Made by a program: the position numbers and the translations under genes
The notes under the pieces: generated by a model
Database searches by the model: none
The model's input: the letters and a program-made list of their open reading frames with translations, nothing else
Told to the model about the DNA's origin: nothing
Virus record (IMG/VR): IMGVR_UViG_3300042554_001676
Location: 7,965-71,964 of that record
Length of the DNA: 64,000 bases
From: a virus
Direction: 5' to 3' (one strand)
Shown here: in pieces, positions 27,421 to 37,264 of the stretch
Position numbering within the stretch: the stretch's first letter is position 1
Layout of the letters: every line of letters starts with the position of its first letter

Positions 27421-28353
27421 TTATTTTCCAATTGAAATAAGTTCAGTGATAGTGGCGCTGAGATTGATTTCTGGATCAGCGCAGCTGACATGATTAACCA
27501 AGCCACGACGTATGATCACAATGGCTTCGTCTTGACCTTCTTCGTTGTTGCTCCATAGATCCAAGTTGTCATAGGCCCAGCGAAAGATTTCTTCCATGTC
27601 TTCGGGCCTGGCTTGATTACACAGCAGTTGCCGCGCTTTACGTGCATCACCAGATTTAAACAGTTTTACAGCGTCTAATCTAAAATCACCACCAGCACTG
27701 CTCACAGCAGCCACTTTTAAAGTACCAGTGATACTGTTGGCTTGCAACAAATTCAAACACTTACGCAGATCTGGGTAAGTGGCCTTGACATAACTGTCTA
27801 GGTCATCTAGGTTAAATTCTACGTTTTCATTGACCAGCACCGTAGCTGCACGAGCAGTAAATTCAGTTTGATCAGTTTTGTCAATGTGTAATTCATGACA
27901 ACGACTACGTAACGGTGGAATAATACGATTATGATAATTACAGGTTAAGATAAATCGTACACTGTCAGCATAGTCTTCCATGAGATTACGCATGGCCGGC
28001 TGTACTGAATCCTTGTTAAGGTAGTCAGCTTCATCAATAAGCACAACCTTGAACGGGCCAAACGGCATGGTTTGACAAAAGCCAATCAGCCGATCTACCC
28101 ATTCAATTTTACGACCTTCTTTGCTGCCATTGGCTATCATCACATCAGAATCTTCAATGCCTAGATTACCAATCAACAACTTGGCCAAGGTGGTTTTACC
28201 AGTACCAGCTGGACCATACAATAACAAATGTGGAAATCGACCGTCGGCGATCCAGTGCTCTACCTGTGTGCGTACTGCTGGATCTGTGAACACATAGTCG
28301 TCAATGGTGCGACTGCGATACTTCTCTACCCAAAGCTGTGAAGCTAACATCAT
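27421..28353 (-). CDS. clamp loader ATPase subunit (gp44/RFC-like)
   Basis: LWVEKYR, GPAGTGKT, DEAD, FILTCN, SRC motif (LRSRC), PDLR. Confidence 0.95.
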   Translation of the reverse strand: MMLASQLWVEKYRSRTIDDYVFTDPAVRTQVEHWIADGRFPHLLLYGPAGTGKTTLAKLLIGNLGIEDSDVMIANGSKEGRKIEWVDRLIGFCQTMPFGPFKVVLIDEADYLNKDSVQPAMRNLMEDYADSVRFILTCNYHNRIIPPLRSRCHELHIDKTDQTEFTARAATVLVNENVEFNLDDLDSYVKATYPDLRKCLNLLQANSITGTLKVAAVSSAGGDFRLDAVKLFKSGDARKARQLLCNQARPEDMEEIFRWAYDNLDLWSNNEEGQDEAIVIIRRGLVNHVSCADPEINLSATITELISIGK

Positions 28354-28394
28354 GTTTCCTTGAAATCTCAGTAATTGAATTATAGCACAAGTTG

Positions 28395-28739
28395 TTAGAC
28401 TTTGTCACTGAATGTTTCGTCCATTGGTTCAGTGTCACTGACCAAAAGTATGTCGTTGTTGTCTACACGCCTGATTTCTCGTGACCCAGATTCATCTTCA
28501 ATGGTTACACTACGAGTCCAACGGCCATGTGCTACGCAGACATACTGCCCTACTACCACGTCTCGTTGGTCTGGACCCACAGCATAAACTCGGGCCCAGC
28601 GTGGTCTAATGCCACTGTCTTTGGCATTGTCGTTGGGAATCACAATGCCACTGCTGGTACGGCGTTCCTCAAACTTCATTTCGGATACCAGCACACTGTC
28701 ATGCAGTGCTTTTAATTTTTGAATTCGATGTTTGTACAT
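28395..28739 (-). CDS. GroES-like co-chaperonin
   Basis: KALHDSVLV, RTSSGIVIP, VYAVGP, DILLV. Confidence 0.85.
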   Translation of the reverse strand: MYKHRIQKLKALHDSVLVSEMKFEERRTSSGIVIPNDNAKDSGIRPRWARVYAVGPDQRDVVVGQYVCVAHGRWTRSVTIEDESGSREIRRVDNNDILLVSDTEPMDETFSDKV

Positions 28740-28749
28740 AAGTTATAGA

Positions 28750-29088
28750 TTACTCCGAAGGGTTAGTTCTGCGTCGTGCTGCTATTTGATCTGCTAAAGT
28801 GCCTCGAATAGGTGGCTGTGGCTGCGCTGCTTCATGTGCTTGAATATCCGCCAACATACCTGCTTCATCGGCTACCACTGGTGTTGATGTTTCAACCAAG
28901 GGGGTGTTTAATTTGTAATAGTCGTTCATAACCTGATTACGTGTTCTAATTACTTCGCCACCAGGTCCTAGCTCATCGCCTCTTGCATTGACTTTCATAT
29001 TACCTACTGCAATGGTTTCTTCATTGCTGAGTCTAAGCGAATCCATGTCTATAGTACGCCCTAGTGCTGTTCTGTAAATTTTTGCCAT
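28750..29088 (-). CDS. conserved phage hypothetical protein
   Basis: AVGNMKVNARGDELGPGG. Confidence 0.65.
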   Translation of the reverse strand: MAKIYRTALGRTIDMDSLRLSNEETIAVGNMKVNARGDELGPGGEVIRTRNQVMNDYYKLNTPLVETSTPVVADEAGMLADIQAHEAAQPQPPIRGTLADQIAARRRTNPSE

Positions 29089-29096
29089 TGTTGCCT

Positions 29097-29609
29097 CTAC
29101 TTTAGAAATTCTTGGATGTCTAGGTCATAGTAGATGCTGTTGATTCTGTGTACTCCTATTAGATATAACACAAAACTGGCTACACTGGAACCACGCCCTA
29201 CTCCCCAAACTACACCATGCTCACGCATGGTATCTACTAAGTATTTAAGATAACGCAGTAAATCAAAGAGATTTCTCTCTTGATACAGCAGTAACTCTTG
29301 GCCACTACGCTGTAATTCTGTATCGTTGCTGCACTGATCCAACACCCATCGAGCAATATCTAATTCTCGATAACTCGCTGGCATATACCAACATTGTTGG
29401 TGACCGCGATCAAATTCTTCTAGATCGCAGGTTTGTTCCGTGTATTTTACCAACTCTGGTAATTCAGCATGTAGTTCTGCACGACTGCGATTGTACTGCT
29501 CGGGATCATCAACCTGAAACTGAGCAATGTCTAAGTCGGGATTAGCATACAACAAGTCAGCCAGCTGTTTGGCAGAAACATGCGCTTGCCCATACTGATC
29601 AACGTTCAT
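29097..29609 (-). CDS. stand-alone fragment of DNA polymerase III alpha (DnaE-like)
   Basis: GVVWGVGRGSSVASFVLYLIGVHRIN matches DnaE GPGRGSxAGSLVAYxLGIT; ends before the catalytic PDIDxD. Confidence 0.8.
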   Translation of the reverse strand: MNVDQYGQAHVSAKQLADLLYANPDLDIAQFQVDDPEQYNRSRAELHAELPELVKYTEQTCDLEEFDRGHQQCWYMPASYRELDIARWVLDQCSNDTELQRSGQELLLYQERNLFDLLRYLKYLVDTMREHGVVWGVGRGSSVASFVLYLIGVHRINSIYYDLDIQEFLK

Positions 29610-29839
29610 TTAATGTCAATGATATTCTTGAAGTTGGGATTTTTGTTGGTGGCATCAGACAGCATTTTTTCTTGTCTACGACGTAGTTCTGCACGATAGT
29701 CTTCCAGTAACATGTTCATTTGCATGACCACACCGCTGCCGGTTCTAGAGGCCATCATAAACTTGGTGTTGAGTTCATTATACTTGGTTAATAATTCATC
29801 GTTACTTAACCCGCTGAGATCTGGTGCCAATGGGTGCAT
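29606..29839 (-). CDS. hypothetical protein
   Basis: 77 aa coupled ORF. Confidence 0.65.
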   Translation of the reverse strand: MHPLAPDLSGLSNDELLTKYNELNTKFMMASRTGSGVVMQMNMLLEDYRAELRRRQEKMLSDATNKNPNFKNIIDIK

Positions 29840-30279
29840 TACAAGTCTCCTTGTTGTCGATTTTCGCTGTGATATACATCAAATTCACCGCCAGGGTAAC
29901 GGCTTTTAAGTTTTTCTACATTTTCAGCAATCACTGCATTAGGATCAAGATTCAACGCTCTGCACATGTTGATCCAATACCACATGATATCACCTAGTTC
30001 ACGTTTCATGTGAAATAAGTTATCTTCATTTAATGGTTTACCTTGAAATGTGATTTTCTTTACAATTTCCATGAGTTCACCAGATTCAGAGCACAAACCC
30101 ATAACACCGGTCAACATCAGTGGTACATTAACATCAGGGCCGTGTTGGTTATTGGCAAAGTCGTAATTACCGTCTAAGACATCTAGTCTATTCATAAATG
30201 TAGTAAGGTCTCGGCTGGCTTCGCTGGTTACCGCAGCAACAAATTTTGAATAGGCGGCTAGATCAACTTGAGGCATCAT
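29839..30279 (-). CDS. MazG-like NTP pyrophosphohydrolase
   Basis: GLCSESGELMEIVKK ... RELGDIMWY ... NVEKLKSRYP. Confidence 0.88.
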   Translation of the reverse strand: MMPQVDLAAYSKFVAAVTSEASRDLTTFMNRLDVLDGNYDFANNQHGPDVNVPLMLTGVMGLCSESGELMEIVKKITFQGKPLNEDNLFHMKRELGDIMWYWINMCRALNLDPNAVIAENVEKLKSRYPGGEFDVYHSENRQQGDL

Positions 30280-30323
30280 TATCTCCTGTAGGTATCTAAG
30301 TGTAAATTAATAGTTGACAGTTG

Positions 30324-31325
30324 TCAACGGTTTTTGAGCGCGGCTAGCTCAGATTCTAGTTCGGTGATTCGCAATTCCAATGATTTGATGGCTTCAATAA
30401 ACACACCAGCAAACTTGCCATAATCCACAGTTTTGATGCCATTGTGTTCGGCTACCAATTCAGGCAGCACTGTTTCAACTTCTTGTGCAATCACTCCAAT
30501 ACTGTGTGCACCAGTGTCTTTGAAATCAAACTCTACACCACGTAGCTGTTTAACAGTGTCAACACTGTTGGTGATAGTGGTAATATTGGTTTTGAGATTT
30601 TGGTCACTGGTAGCCGGAATCCCACCAATAATACTGATTACGCCATTTTGTATACCAATGGTAGTACCATCAATTTTAACTGCACCTAGCTGACTGGTAC
30701 TGGCTATGGGTAATTGTATGCTACCAGCGCCACCGTAGGCATTACCACCAAATTCATTTAGACCAGAAATACTGATGACCCAATAGCTTACACCATTGTC
30801 TACACTGATAAAATCAATGAGATAATCACCAATGGTAGGGAATACAATTTTTCGATTGTCTAGAAAGTCTGACCCTACTCCATAAGCCACACTAGAAGGT
30901 AACTGTATTTGATGATCAGAATGACTACAGTAGACCCAAAGCGTCATGCGTCCAATTTGGTTGGCATCAGGAAAATTAGTAAATGAAACGCTGAGATCAT
31001 TGGTGGTACTGATCTTTTGAAAGTTACCCTTGAGAAAATCCAGGTTAACTACTAAACCCACTGTGCCATGGTCGTAAATGGTTTCACTGTAGGCTATCAG
31101 CTGTGGTCTCTTAAGCTGAGTGTAGTCCATGTCGTTGTTAAGGACTTCACCGGAAAGCTGCTTTTTGTAGATTCCTTCTGCTCTAACTTCGGTTAATTCG
31201 GTCTTGGCACGATTAAGGTTTTCCTTAATCAATGAAAAGTTCGTCCTGAATCCTTGGCTATTGTTGTTTTGTCCTGCGGCAGGAAAATTTATATTGATCT
31301 CACTGGGATCAAGTGAACTTGGCAT
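30324..31325 (-). CDS. virion/tail fibre protein with C-terminal intramolecular chaperone (peptidase S74)
   Basis: SDQNLKTNI, LRGVEF, GVIAQEVE, VDYG, C-terminal coiled coil. Confidence 0.85.
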   Translation of the reverse strand: MPSSLDPSEININFPAAGQNNNSQGFRTNFSLIKENLNRAKTELTEVRAEGIYKKQLSGEVLNNDMDYTQLKRPQLIAYSETIYDHGTVGLVVNLDFLKGNFQKISTTNDLSVSFTNFPDANQIGRMTLWVYCSHSDHQIQLPSSVAYGVGSDFLDNRKIVFPTIGDYLIDFISVDNGVSYWVISISGLNEFGGNAYGGAGSIQLPIASTSQLGAVKIDGTTIGIQNGVISIIGGIPATSDQNLKTNITTITNSVDTVKQLRGVEFDFKDTGAHSIGVIAQEVETVLPELVAEHNGIKTVDYGKFAGVFIEAIKSLELRITELESELAALKNR

Positions 31326-33076
31326 TATCTAAATACTCCGAATCGTGGAAATATTAGATATTTATCGAGCTCTGTGGGCTCGGCTGCATACTCCATACCG
31401 TCTACTACACGAGTGGTGCCATGATCGAATGTGGTATTATCATTTTCAAACACAGCCGGGCTACCTGGAGTAAACAAATTAGTAGTGCGATTATAGTTAA
31501 GACTGAGTCTGGCTTCGAGGTTAAAACGCTCAGATTCAAATTCGAAGTTATTAAAGTTAATATCTTTTAATCTATGATAAACTACTCGTCCCATACCTGG
31601 CTTACAATATGCCAGCACCACCACCGGATAGAATCCAACCGGAGCAGCAAACACACCAGGTTGATCTTCAATTGGCTGAAAACTCAGCATCCATTCAGGG
31701 GCTATCCCTGGATTGTATATGCCTATGTAGTTGCCCACAATACGGCGCATGTTTTCTAAAGCATTTGGATGCAGTGTATAGTAGGTTTGGCCTTTGTCTA
31801 TGTGATAATTTTTAATAAATGGTCTAAGGTCAATAGTGTCAGGCTGTGCTCGAAAATTACCGTCTAAGTAGTATCTGCCCAGCATTTCATCACGCACAGT
31901 AAGATATATGACTTCATAGATACTGTTGAGATTTTGGTCCAGCATCACAGACATTCTAAGCTGATCAAACAGCAGTCTTTTAAAATAATGATTGGTCTGC
32001 ATAGACAATTCATAGTCATTTTGTGATGCTAAATTCATTGACGGCAACATTAAGATTCTGAAAAATGTTGCTCTGCCCCACCATGGATCCGAAGGCCTAT
32101 AAATTAACTCGTCTGGGATTACATTTGGATCATTGAGTATGTTGTAAAGTTCTAACCGCTGTGGTCTCGGCGGAAAAGCATTGATCCACAAGCTATCATA
32201 AGGTTTTAGGTTGAGTCGTTGTACACGCAGTGTAAACACACGATCTGAGTACGATCTAAAATTTTCAACACCGGTTCTAACTGTAAAAGTATAAACATCG
32301 TTAACAGGAAGGTTAGCAGGATCATCCTGGTAACAACGGAAACTAAATCTGCCTGACAGATACCCATCAGGTAACAGTTCAACACCTTGTGGTACACGGC
32401 TTACACTAAAGGGTCTGACCTGATAGTATGAGCGGCGCCCAGACTGTGTTAGTGCTTGAAAGTCTATTCTGCTAATAGAGCCATTGACAACGTCACCTAA
32501 ATTATTGGGTGTTATCCAAGTAAAGTCATCAGGTGATGTGGTCATCACCAAATAATACTCTTGCGCTGGGTCAACATTGAGATAGGCTTGGTTAACACTG
32601 AACCAGCTGGTAATGCCAGCTGTTTGATCGTATAAGTCACGATCATAGTTGGCCATATCAAAGTTTACATTTACCGGAGGTTTTAAATGAACAATACGTA
32701 CAGTATGGCCAAGTTGAGCCGGGCCAGTGCCATCACTGATTTCCACCTGAAATTCATAATCTAAAATCTGCGGACGTGAAACAAATTCTGCTAACCACCG
32801 ATCCCAGGCTGCTCGACTAAGACTAGGAATAGACGGTGCACTGGATATGATAAATTGTTCTGGGCTAAACGGTAACAGGTTATTGTTAAAATTTACAGTG
32901 ATTACTCCAGTGGAGGTCAGAGTAGAATTTGGAGGCAAGGACCCTGACACCAATCGCCAGATTTGGCCAGTGGTGCTGTTAATAACACCACTACGCATCT
33001 GAATTTCATAGCGATTGGGGTATCTTAATATAGTACTTTGATCAAAAGTACTAGGAACATAGGGACCTATAATCAT
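31325..33076 (-). CDS. putative virion structural (baseplate-associated) protein
   Basis: Ig-like SGSLPP...GVI segments; ends DKYLIFP; late promoter upstream; adjacent to fibre gene. Confidence 0.55.
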   Translation of the reverse strand: MIIGPYVPSTFDQSTILRYPNRYEIQMRSGVINSTTGQIWRLVSGSLPPNSTLTSTGVITVNFNNNLLPFSPEQFIISSAPSIPSLSRAAWDRWLAEFVSRPQILDYEFQVEISDGTGPAQLGHTVRIVHLKPPVNVNFDMANYDRDLYDQTAGITSWFSVNQAYLNVDPAQEYYLVMTTSPDDFTWITPNNLGDVVNGSISRIDFQALTQSGRRSYYQVRPFSVSRVPQGVELLPDGYLSGRFSFRCYQDDPANLPVNDVYTFTVRTGVENFRSYSDRVFTLRVQRLNLKPYDSLWINAFPPRPQRLELYNILNDPNVIPDELIYRPSDPWWGRATFFRILMLPSMNLASQNDYELSMQTNHYFKRLLFDQLRMSVMLDQNLNSIYEVIYLTVRDEMLGRYYLDGNFRAQPDTIDLRPFIKNYHIDKGQTYYTLHPNALENMRRIVGNYIGIYNPGIAPEWMLSFQPIEDQPGVFAAPVGFYPVVVLAYCKPGMGRVVYHRLKDINFNNFEFESERFNLEARLSLNYNRTTNLFTPGSPAVFENDNTTFDHGTTRVVDGMEYAAEPTELDKYLIFPRFGVFR

Positions 33077-33118
33077 GGATGTGTACCGATAGTGTAATAT
33101 TTATCGGTACACCCATGG
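33075..33118. promoter_or_regulatory. long inverted repeat containing a late-type promoter
   Basis: CATGG-a-TGTGTACCGATA...TATCGGTACAC-CCATGG; minus-strand GATAAATA within it; overlaps start codon at 33076. Confidence 0.5.
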
Positions 33119-33125
33119 TTGACAA

Positions 33126-33503
33126 TTACCTACGCATATGAGCGGCGTCGACAGCAGCCTGTTCGCTAAACACAGGTTGTAGGCAGCTCTTGTGCATGAT
33201 GGTGACGCCTAGCATTTTGTCGCCGGTATACACAGGAACATCTTTCTTGGCAGCGACACCAACACCAGAATCACGGCTGGGGATATGCGGGGTCTCACGA
33301 CCGGGCGGAGGACCTAAACGTGGGAGGGCACGAGTAAGTGGGCGGGTAGGCACAGGTTTGGTGGTCATAGTACGTTCCTTAAGACTTTGCCATTCTGCTT
33401 GCAACTGTTCATGCTGGCGTTTCTGCTCGGCACTGGTCCATTTGAACTTGCCTTTACGCCGGCCAGTGGTGCTAAGCCACGGACCTTCGAGATGCATTGA
33501 CAT
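33126..33503 (-). CDS. conserved phage hypothetical protein
   Basis: MSMHLEGPWL...YTGDKMLGVTIMHKSCLQPVFS; TTGACC-N17-TATAAT promoter and GGAGG upstream. Confidence 0.7.
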   Translation of the reverse strand: MSMHLEGPWLSTTGRRKGKFKWTSAEQKRQHEQLQAEWQSLKERTMTTKPVPTRPLTRALPRLGPPPGRETPHIPSRDSGVGVAAKKDVPVYTGDKMLGVTIMHKSCLQPVFSEQAAVDAAHMRR

Positions 33504-33622
33504 ATTAACCTCCAAATTAAGCACACAAACTCAATTATACAGGGTTATTAGGCACAGGTCAACCTGTTGTTTTCCTGCAACAAGTAGTAGTCCATAAATA
33601 TGTGCGTATCAGGAGATTATCA

Positions 33623-33757
33623 ATGGCTAAAACTCAAGTAAATCCTAATCGTCGAAAACTCGTAAAGCGTACTAGCCAAGGCGGGTCTAAGCCCAAAACC
33701 AGTTCGATGAATAAACATCGACGCCGTAGCTACAAGCCAAGCCGAGGACAAGGCTAA
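33623..33757 (+). CDS. small basic late peptide ending RGQG (44 aa)
   Basis: CATAAATA promoter, AGGAG RBS; MAKTQVNPNRRKLVKRTSQGGSKPKTSSMNKHRRRSYKPSRGQG. Confidence 0.7.
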   Translation: MAKTQVNPNRRKLVKRTSQGGSKPKTSSMNKHRRRSYKPSRGQG

Positions 33758-33760
33758 TGA

Positions 33761-34462
33761 ATGACGGAACTGCTATACACTTTGATAGCGACACATATGA
33801 CGATTGTCGCGGTAACCCTATTTCTCCACCGTGGTCAGGCCCACCGTGGGATTATTTTCCACCCCCTATTAAGTCACAGTATGAGGTTGTGGTTATGGCT
33901 GACTACTGGTATGGTTACAAGAGAGTGGGTAGCAGTTCATCGCAAGCATCACAGGTATGCAGATAGACTGGGAGACCCTCATAGTCCTCATGTCTACGGT
34001 ATTGGGCGTGTGTTGTTTAGTGGCGTACTTTTGTATTCGGAGGCCACCCGCGATCAGGACATGGTAGCACAATATGGTGGAGGAACTCCTGATGATTGGG
34101 TAGAACGCAATCTTTACAGTAAGTATCCATTGTTAGGTGTGATACTGTTGTTAATTTTTAATACAGCAGTATTTCATGGTTGGGGTATAGTAATATGGTT
34201 AATACAGATGGCATGGATACCTTTTCATGCTGCTGGCGTAATTAATGGTTTAGGGCATTGGATAGGATATAGAAATGGTGAAACTCGAGATCATAGTCGT
34301 AATATTGTGCCTTGGGGCATTTGGATTGGTGGCGAAGAGCTACACAACTCACACCACCTCGATCCCGGCAGTGTCAAGTTCTCGCGGATGAAATGGGAAT
34401 TTGATCTAGGATATGCTTATCTCAAAATGTTTTGCTGGTTGAGACTAGCACATATTAGATAA
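33761..34462 (+). CDS. membrane fatty acid (delta-9 acyl-CoA) desaturase
   Basis: His boxes HRGQAH, HRKHH, HNSHH; GEELHN, WEFD. Confidence 0.93.
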   Translation: MTELLYTLIATHMTIVAVTLFLHRGQAHRGIIFHPLLSHSMRLWLWLTTGMVTREWVAVHRKHHRYADRLGDPHSPHVYGIGRVLFSGVLLYSEATRDQDMVAQYGGGTPDDWVERNLYSKYPLLGVILLLIFNTAVFHGWGIVIWLIQMAWIPFHAAGVINGLGHWIGYRNGETRDHSRNIVPWGIWIGGEELHNSHHLDPGSVKFSRMKWEFDLGYAYLKMFCWLRLAHIR

Positions 34463-34470
34463 ATATCACT

Positions 34471-34683
34471 ATGAGAGCTCGTGAATTTACCATAAATGTA
34501 CCAATAACCATTAAGATTTCCGGTGACAGTGAACCCGATGTTGCACTTGATCAAGACACTGAGGAACCAGAGTCTGACACCATGGTACCTCCATTACAAC
34601 AAAAGATAGAATTATTAAAACGCAATTCAGGACTACCCAACGTCTACGACCAGCAAGCCGACGACGATGATCCTTTAGAGTAA
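34471..34683 (+). CDS. small acidic late protein
   Basis: GATAAATA promoter; MRAREF leader; MVPPLQQKIELLK. Confidence 0.6.
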   Translation: MRAREFTINVPITIKISGDSEPDVALDQDTEEPESDTMVPPLQQKIELLKRNSGLPNVYDQQADDDDPLE

Positions 34684-34693
34684 AGGGTGGTCC

Positions 34694-35137
34694 ATGGCTT
34701 TTACGCAAGACCTTTTCACTAGTCGTAGAAATACCGGTGATGGTAACACCAGAATAGGTCAACTTGAGCGTATTTGGTATGACTCAATAACTAATACACT
34801 ACGTATCGGCAATGGGTCAACTCCCGGTGGCATAATCATTGGCAGCACGGCCGAAAAGATCTTTTATGAAACCATCACTGTTACCGCTCCTACCTATACA
34901 GTAACTAATGAGGATTTCTATGTTGGTGTCAACTATGCAGGGCCAGTTACTATAACTTTACCTGCCACCATGTACAATGGACGTATGTATTATATTAAAG
35001 ATGAATCGGGGCAGGCTGCTACGAACCCGATTACAGTACAAGGTACCATTGACAATGACGCAGGCGGAATCATTATTGCACAAAATAATGGTGGTGTGCA
35101 GTTAATCTACAGCAGTGCTAGTTGGAGAATCATATGA
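34694..35137 (+). CDS. virion fibre-like protein
   Basis: LRIGNGSTPGG and YVGVNYAGPVTITLP...IKDESG, typical of tail-fibre modules. Confidence 0.6.
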   Translation: MAFTQDLFTSRRNTGDGNTRIGQLERIWYDSITNTLRIGNGSTPGGIIIGSTAEKIFYETITVTAPTYTVTNEDFYVGVNYAGPVTITLPATMYNGRMYYIKDESGQAATNPITVQGTIDNDAGGIIIAQNNGGVQLIYSSASWRII

Positions 35138-36429
35138 CGTATTTGTTTGCCAGTAATATTGCTGTTAGTAATGAAGTAGAAATTAAAAATGATGCAGGTA
35201 ATCCTGTGCCAGTTACAATGACTGCCAGCTCAGCCACTGTGAGTTTCGCTCCTACCAATTTAGATGCTTTTGGCAGACTGCGAGTCAGTAATCCATTTAC
35301 GTTATTTGATAGTTTTCATAGATACCAAGACAATGGCAAAATTACAGAATCAACTTCGGGTACAGCTAGCAGTGCCCATGATGCCAATTCTGGTAGCATT
35401 GTTATGACAGTAGGGACTGCTAGTGGTGATCGAATATACCGAGAAAGTAGTAGAGTATTTGCTTATCAGCCCGGCAAAAGCCTATTGATATTTCAAACAT
35501 TTTGCATGAGTCCAGGTAAGGCAGGACTAAGGCAAAGGCAAGGTTACTTTGATACAGAGAATGGTGTTTACATTGAACAAGATGGTACAACACTGTATTT
35601 GGTACGACGATCAAGTTCAACTGGATCCTTAGTTGAGACTAGAATACCTCAGAGTCAGTGGAACATTGATTCACTAACAGGATCCGGTCCGAGTGGCATA
35701 ACATTGGATATAACTAAAACACAGATACTTTGGTGGGATATAGAATGGTTAGGTGTAGGCACTGTGCGATCTGGTTTTGTAATTGATGGCAGATTTATAC
35801 AAACACACAGTTTTCATCATGCTAATATTTTAACGCTACCTTATATGACCACTGCTTGTTTGCCGGTTAGAGCAGAATTAGAAAATACTGCTGCTACCAG
35901 TAGTTCAAGTAACTATAGAATAATATGTACCAGTGTAATCAGCGAAGGTGGATACGAACTGCGTGGACGAGCATTTAACACCAGTCATCCTATCAGTGTC
36001 CCCTATAGACTTGCATTGGCTAATACTATGTATCCTATACTGTCTATTAGGCTGAAATCTACTAGAGCAGGAGCTATTGTTATACCTAAGACCTTTGCTA
36101 TCAGCGTTGCTGATGCTGGTAACTTTAGATATCATGTTGTTAATGGCGCAGTTACCACTGGTGGCGCTTGGGTAAGTGCAGGAACAAATAGTTGTGTAGA
36201 ATATAATTTAGGTCCAGCTACTTATACTGGCGGTACTACTCTAAATACAGCATACATAATTAGTACCAATCAGGCAGCAGGAGCACCAGGTGTAGCTGAA
36301 TTCCCTTTCAAGTATCAGCTTGAACGGAATACTTTTACCGGTACCATGTATGAATTTACATTAGTTATCGAATCAGATTCTGTTAACACAGATGTTTATG
36401 CTCAGATAAACTGGGAAGAAGTTACCTAG
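35134..36429 (+). CDS. putative virion structural protein
   Basis: DAFGRLRVSNP, YQPGKS, EWLGVG; beta-rich; ends WEE. Confidence 0.6.
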   Translation: MTYLFASNIAVSNEVEIKNDAGNPVPVTMTASSATVSFAPTNLDAFGRLRVSNPFTLFDSFHRYQDNGKITESTSGTASSAHDANSGSIVMTVGTASGDRIYRESSRVFAYQPGKSLLIFQTFCMSPGKAGLRQRQGYFDTENGVYIEQDGTTLYLVRRSSSTGSLVETRIPQSQWNIDSLTGSGPSGITLDITKTQILWWDIEWLGVGTVRSGFVIDGRFIQTHSFHHANILTLPYMTTACLPVRAELENTAATSSSSNYRIICTSVISEGGYELRGRAFNTSHPISVPYRLALANTMYPILSIRLKSTRAGAIVIPKTFAISVADAGNFRYHVVNGAVTTGGAWVSAGTNSCVEYNLGPATYTGGTTLNTAYIISTNQAAGAPGVAEFPFKYQLERNTFTGTMYEFTLVIESDSVNTDVYAQINWEEVT

Positions 36430-36637
36430 AACAGAGGGGTTTAACACCATTCATGGTAATGCCTAGCTTTTGCCATGTATCCGCGTTGCCCATAATAAAG
36501 TACGGCCAAAACCATGTGGTGACCCATAGCCCTACATAAGCATCTACGAGCTTATTTGAGACTTCGATTGGGTCTGTCAAGTTGTTGTACATCTTCTCCT
36601 GATGCCATAATACAAGCACCCCGTTCAGTGTAACCAA
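36422..36637 (-). CDS. hypothetical protein
   Basis: ORF; true start probably MYNNL. Confidence 0.4.
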   Translation of the reverse strand: MVTLNGVLVLWHQEKMYNNLTDPIEVSNKLVDAYVGLWVTTWFWPYFIMGNADTWQKLGITMNGVKPLCSR

Positions 36638-36869
36638 TCAAGGTCCATGTGCCTGTTTCAGTATTTATTAACATGGCCATTCTACCAGATTTACCCATCT
36701 TACCAGCAAGCACAGGACGTTCTTCATATTCTTTGAGAAAGTCTATGACATATTCTGTGGTAGCACAGGTAATGGTCCATTCTACTTGCCTGACTGCATT
36801 GGGATTTTTAGTTTGGGCAGCAACCGTGAAAGTTGCAATTGTGGCAATAATGGCTATAATTAGTTTCAT
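36552..36869 (-). CDS. secreted hypothetical protein
   Basis: Signal peptide; NTETGTWTLI...ACIMASG. Confidence 0.65.
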   Translation of the reverse strand: MKLIIAIIATIATFTVAAQTKNPNAVRQVEWTITCATTEYVIDFLKEYEERPVLAGKMGKSGRMAMLINTETGTWTLIGYTERGACIMASGEDVQQLDRPNRSLK

Positions 36870-36910
36870 GTTAGATATTTAGTAAATAGTAATTGTTTAG
36901 GAGAACACAT

Positions 36911-37264
36911 ATGTACTGGGGTTATCACCTTATGTTAGACATCAGTGGTTGTAATGACGCGATCAAAAGTCGTGATTGCATTTACAATTTTAACAGAGAT
37001 TTAATTAAAAGTATAGACATGACGGCCCACGGCGAGCCCGTAATTGAGTATTTGTTGCCGGGGGATCCCAAACAGGGATATAGTTTGATGCAGCTGATTA
37101 CCACCAGTAATATCTGTGCTCATTTTGTTGAGCCCGATTCCAGTGCTTATGTTGACATCTTTAGTTGTAAGCCATTTGATATCTTAGTAGCGCAAGCAGT
37201 GGTACAGCGCCATTTTGAACCCGGTAAAATGCGAGTGAATTATATCACTCGCAATGCAGGCTAA
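36911..37264 (+). CDS. speD: S-adenosylmethionine decarboxylase-like pyruvoyl enzyme
   Basis: GYHLMLDISGC, LITTSNICAHF, YVDIFSCKPFD; AGGAGA RBS. Confidence 0.8.
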   Translation: MYWGYHLMLDISGCNDAIKSRDCIYNFNRDLIKSIDMTAHGEPVIEYLLPGDPKQGYSLMQLITTSNICAHFVEPDSSAYVDIFSCKPFDILVAQAVVQRHFEPGKMRVNYITRNAG

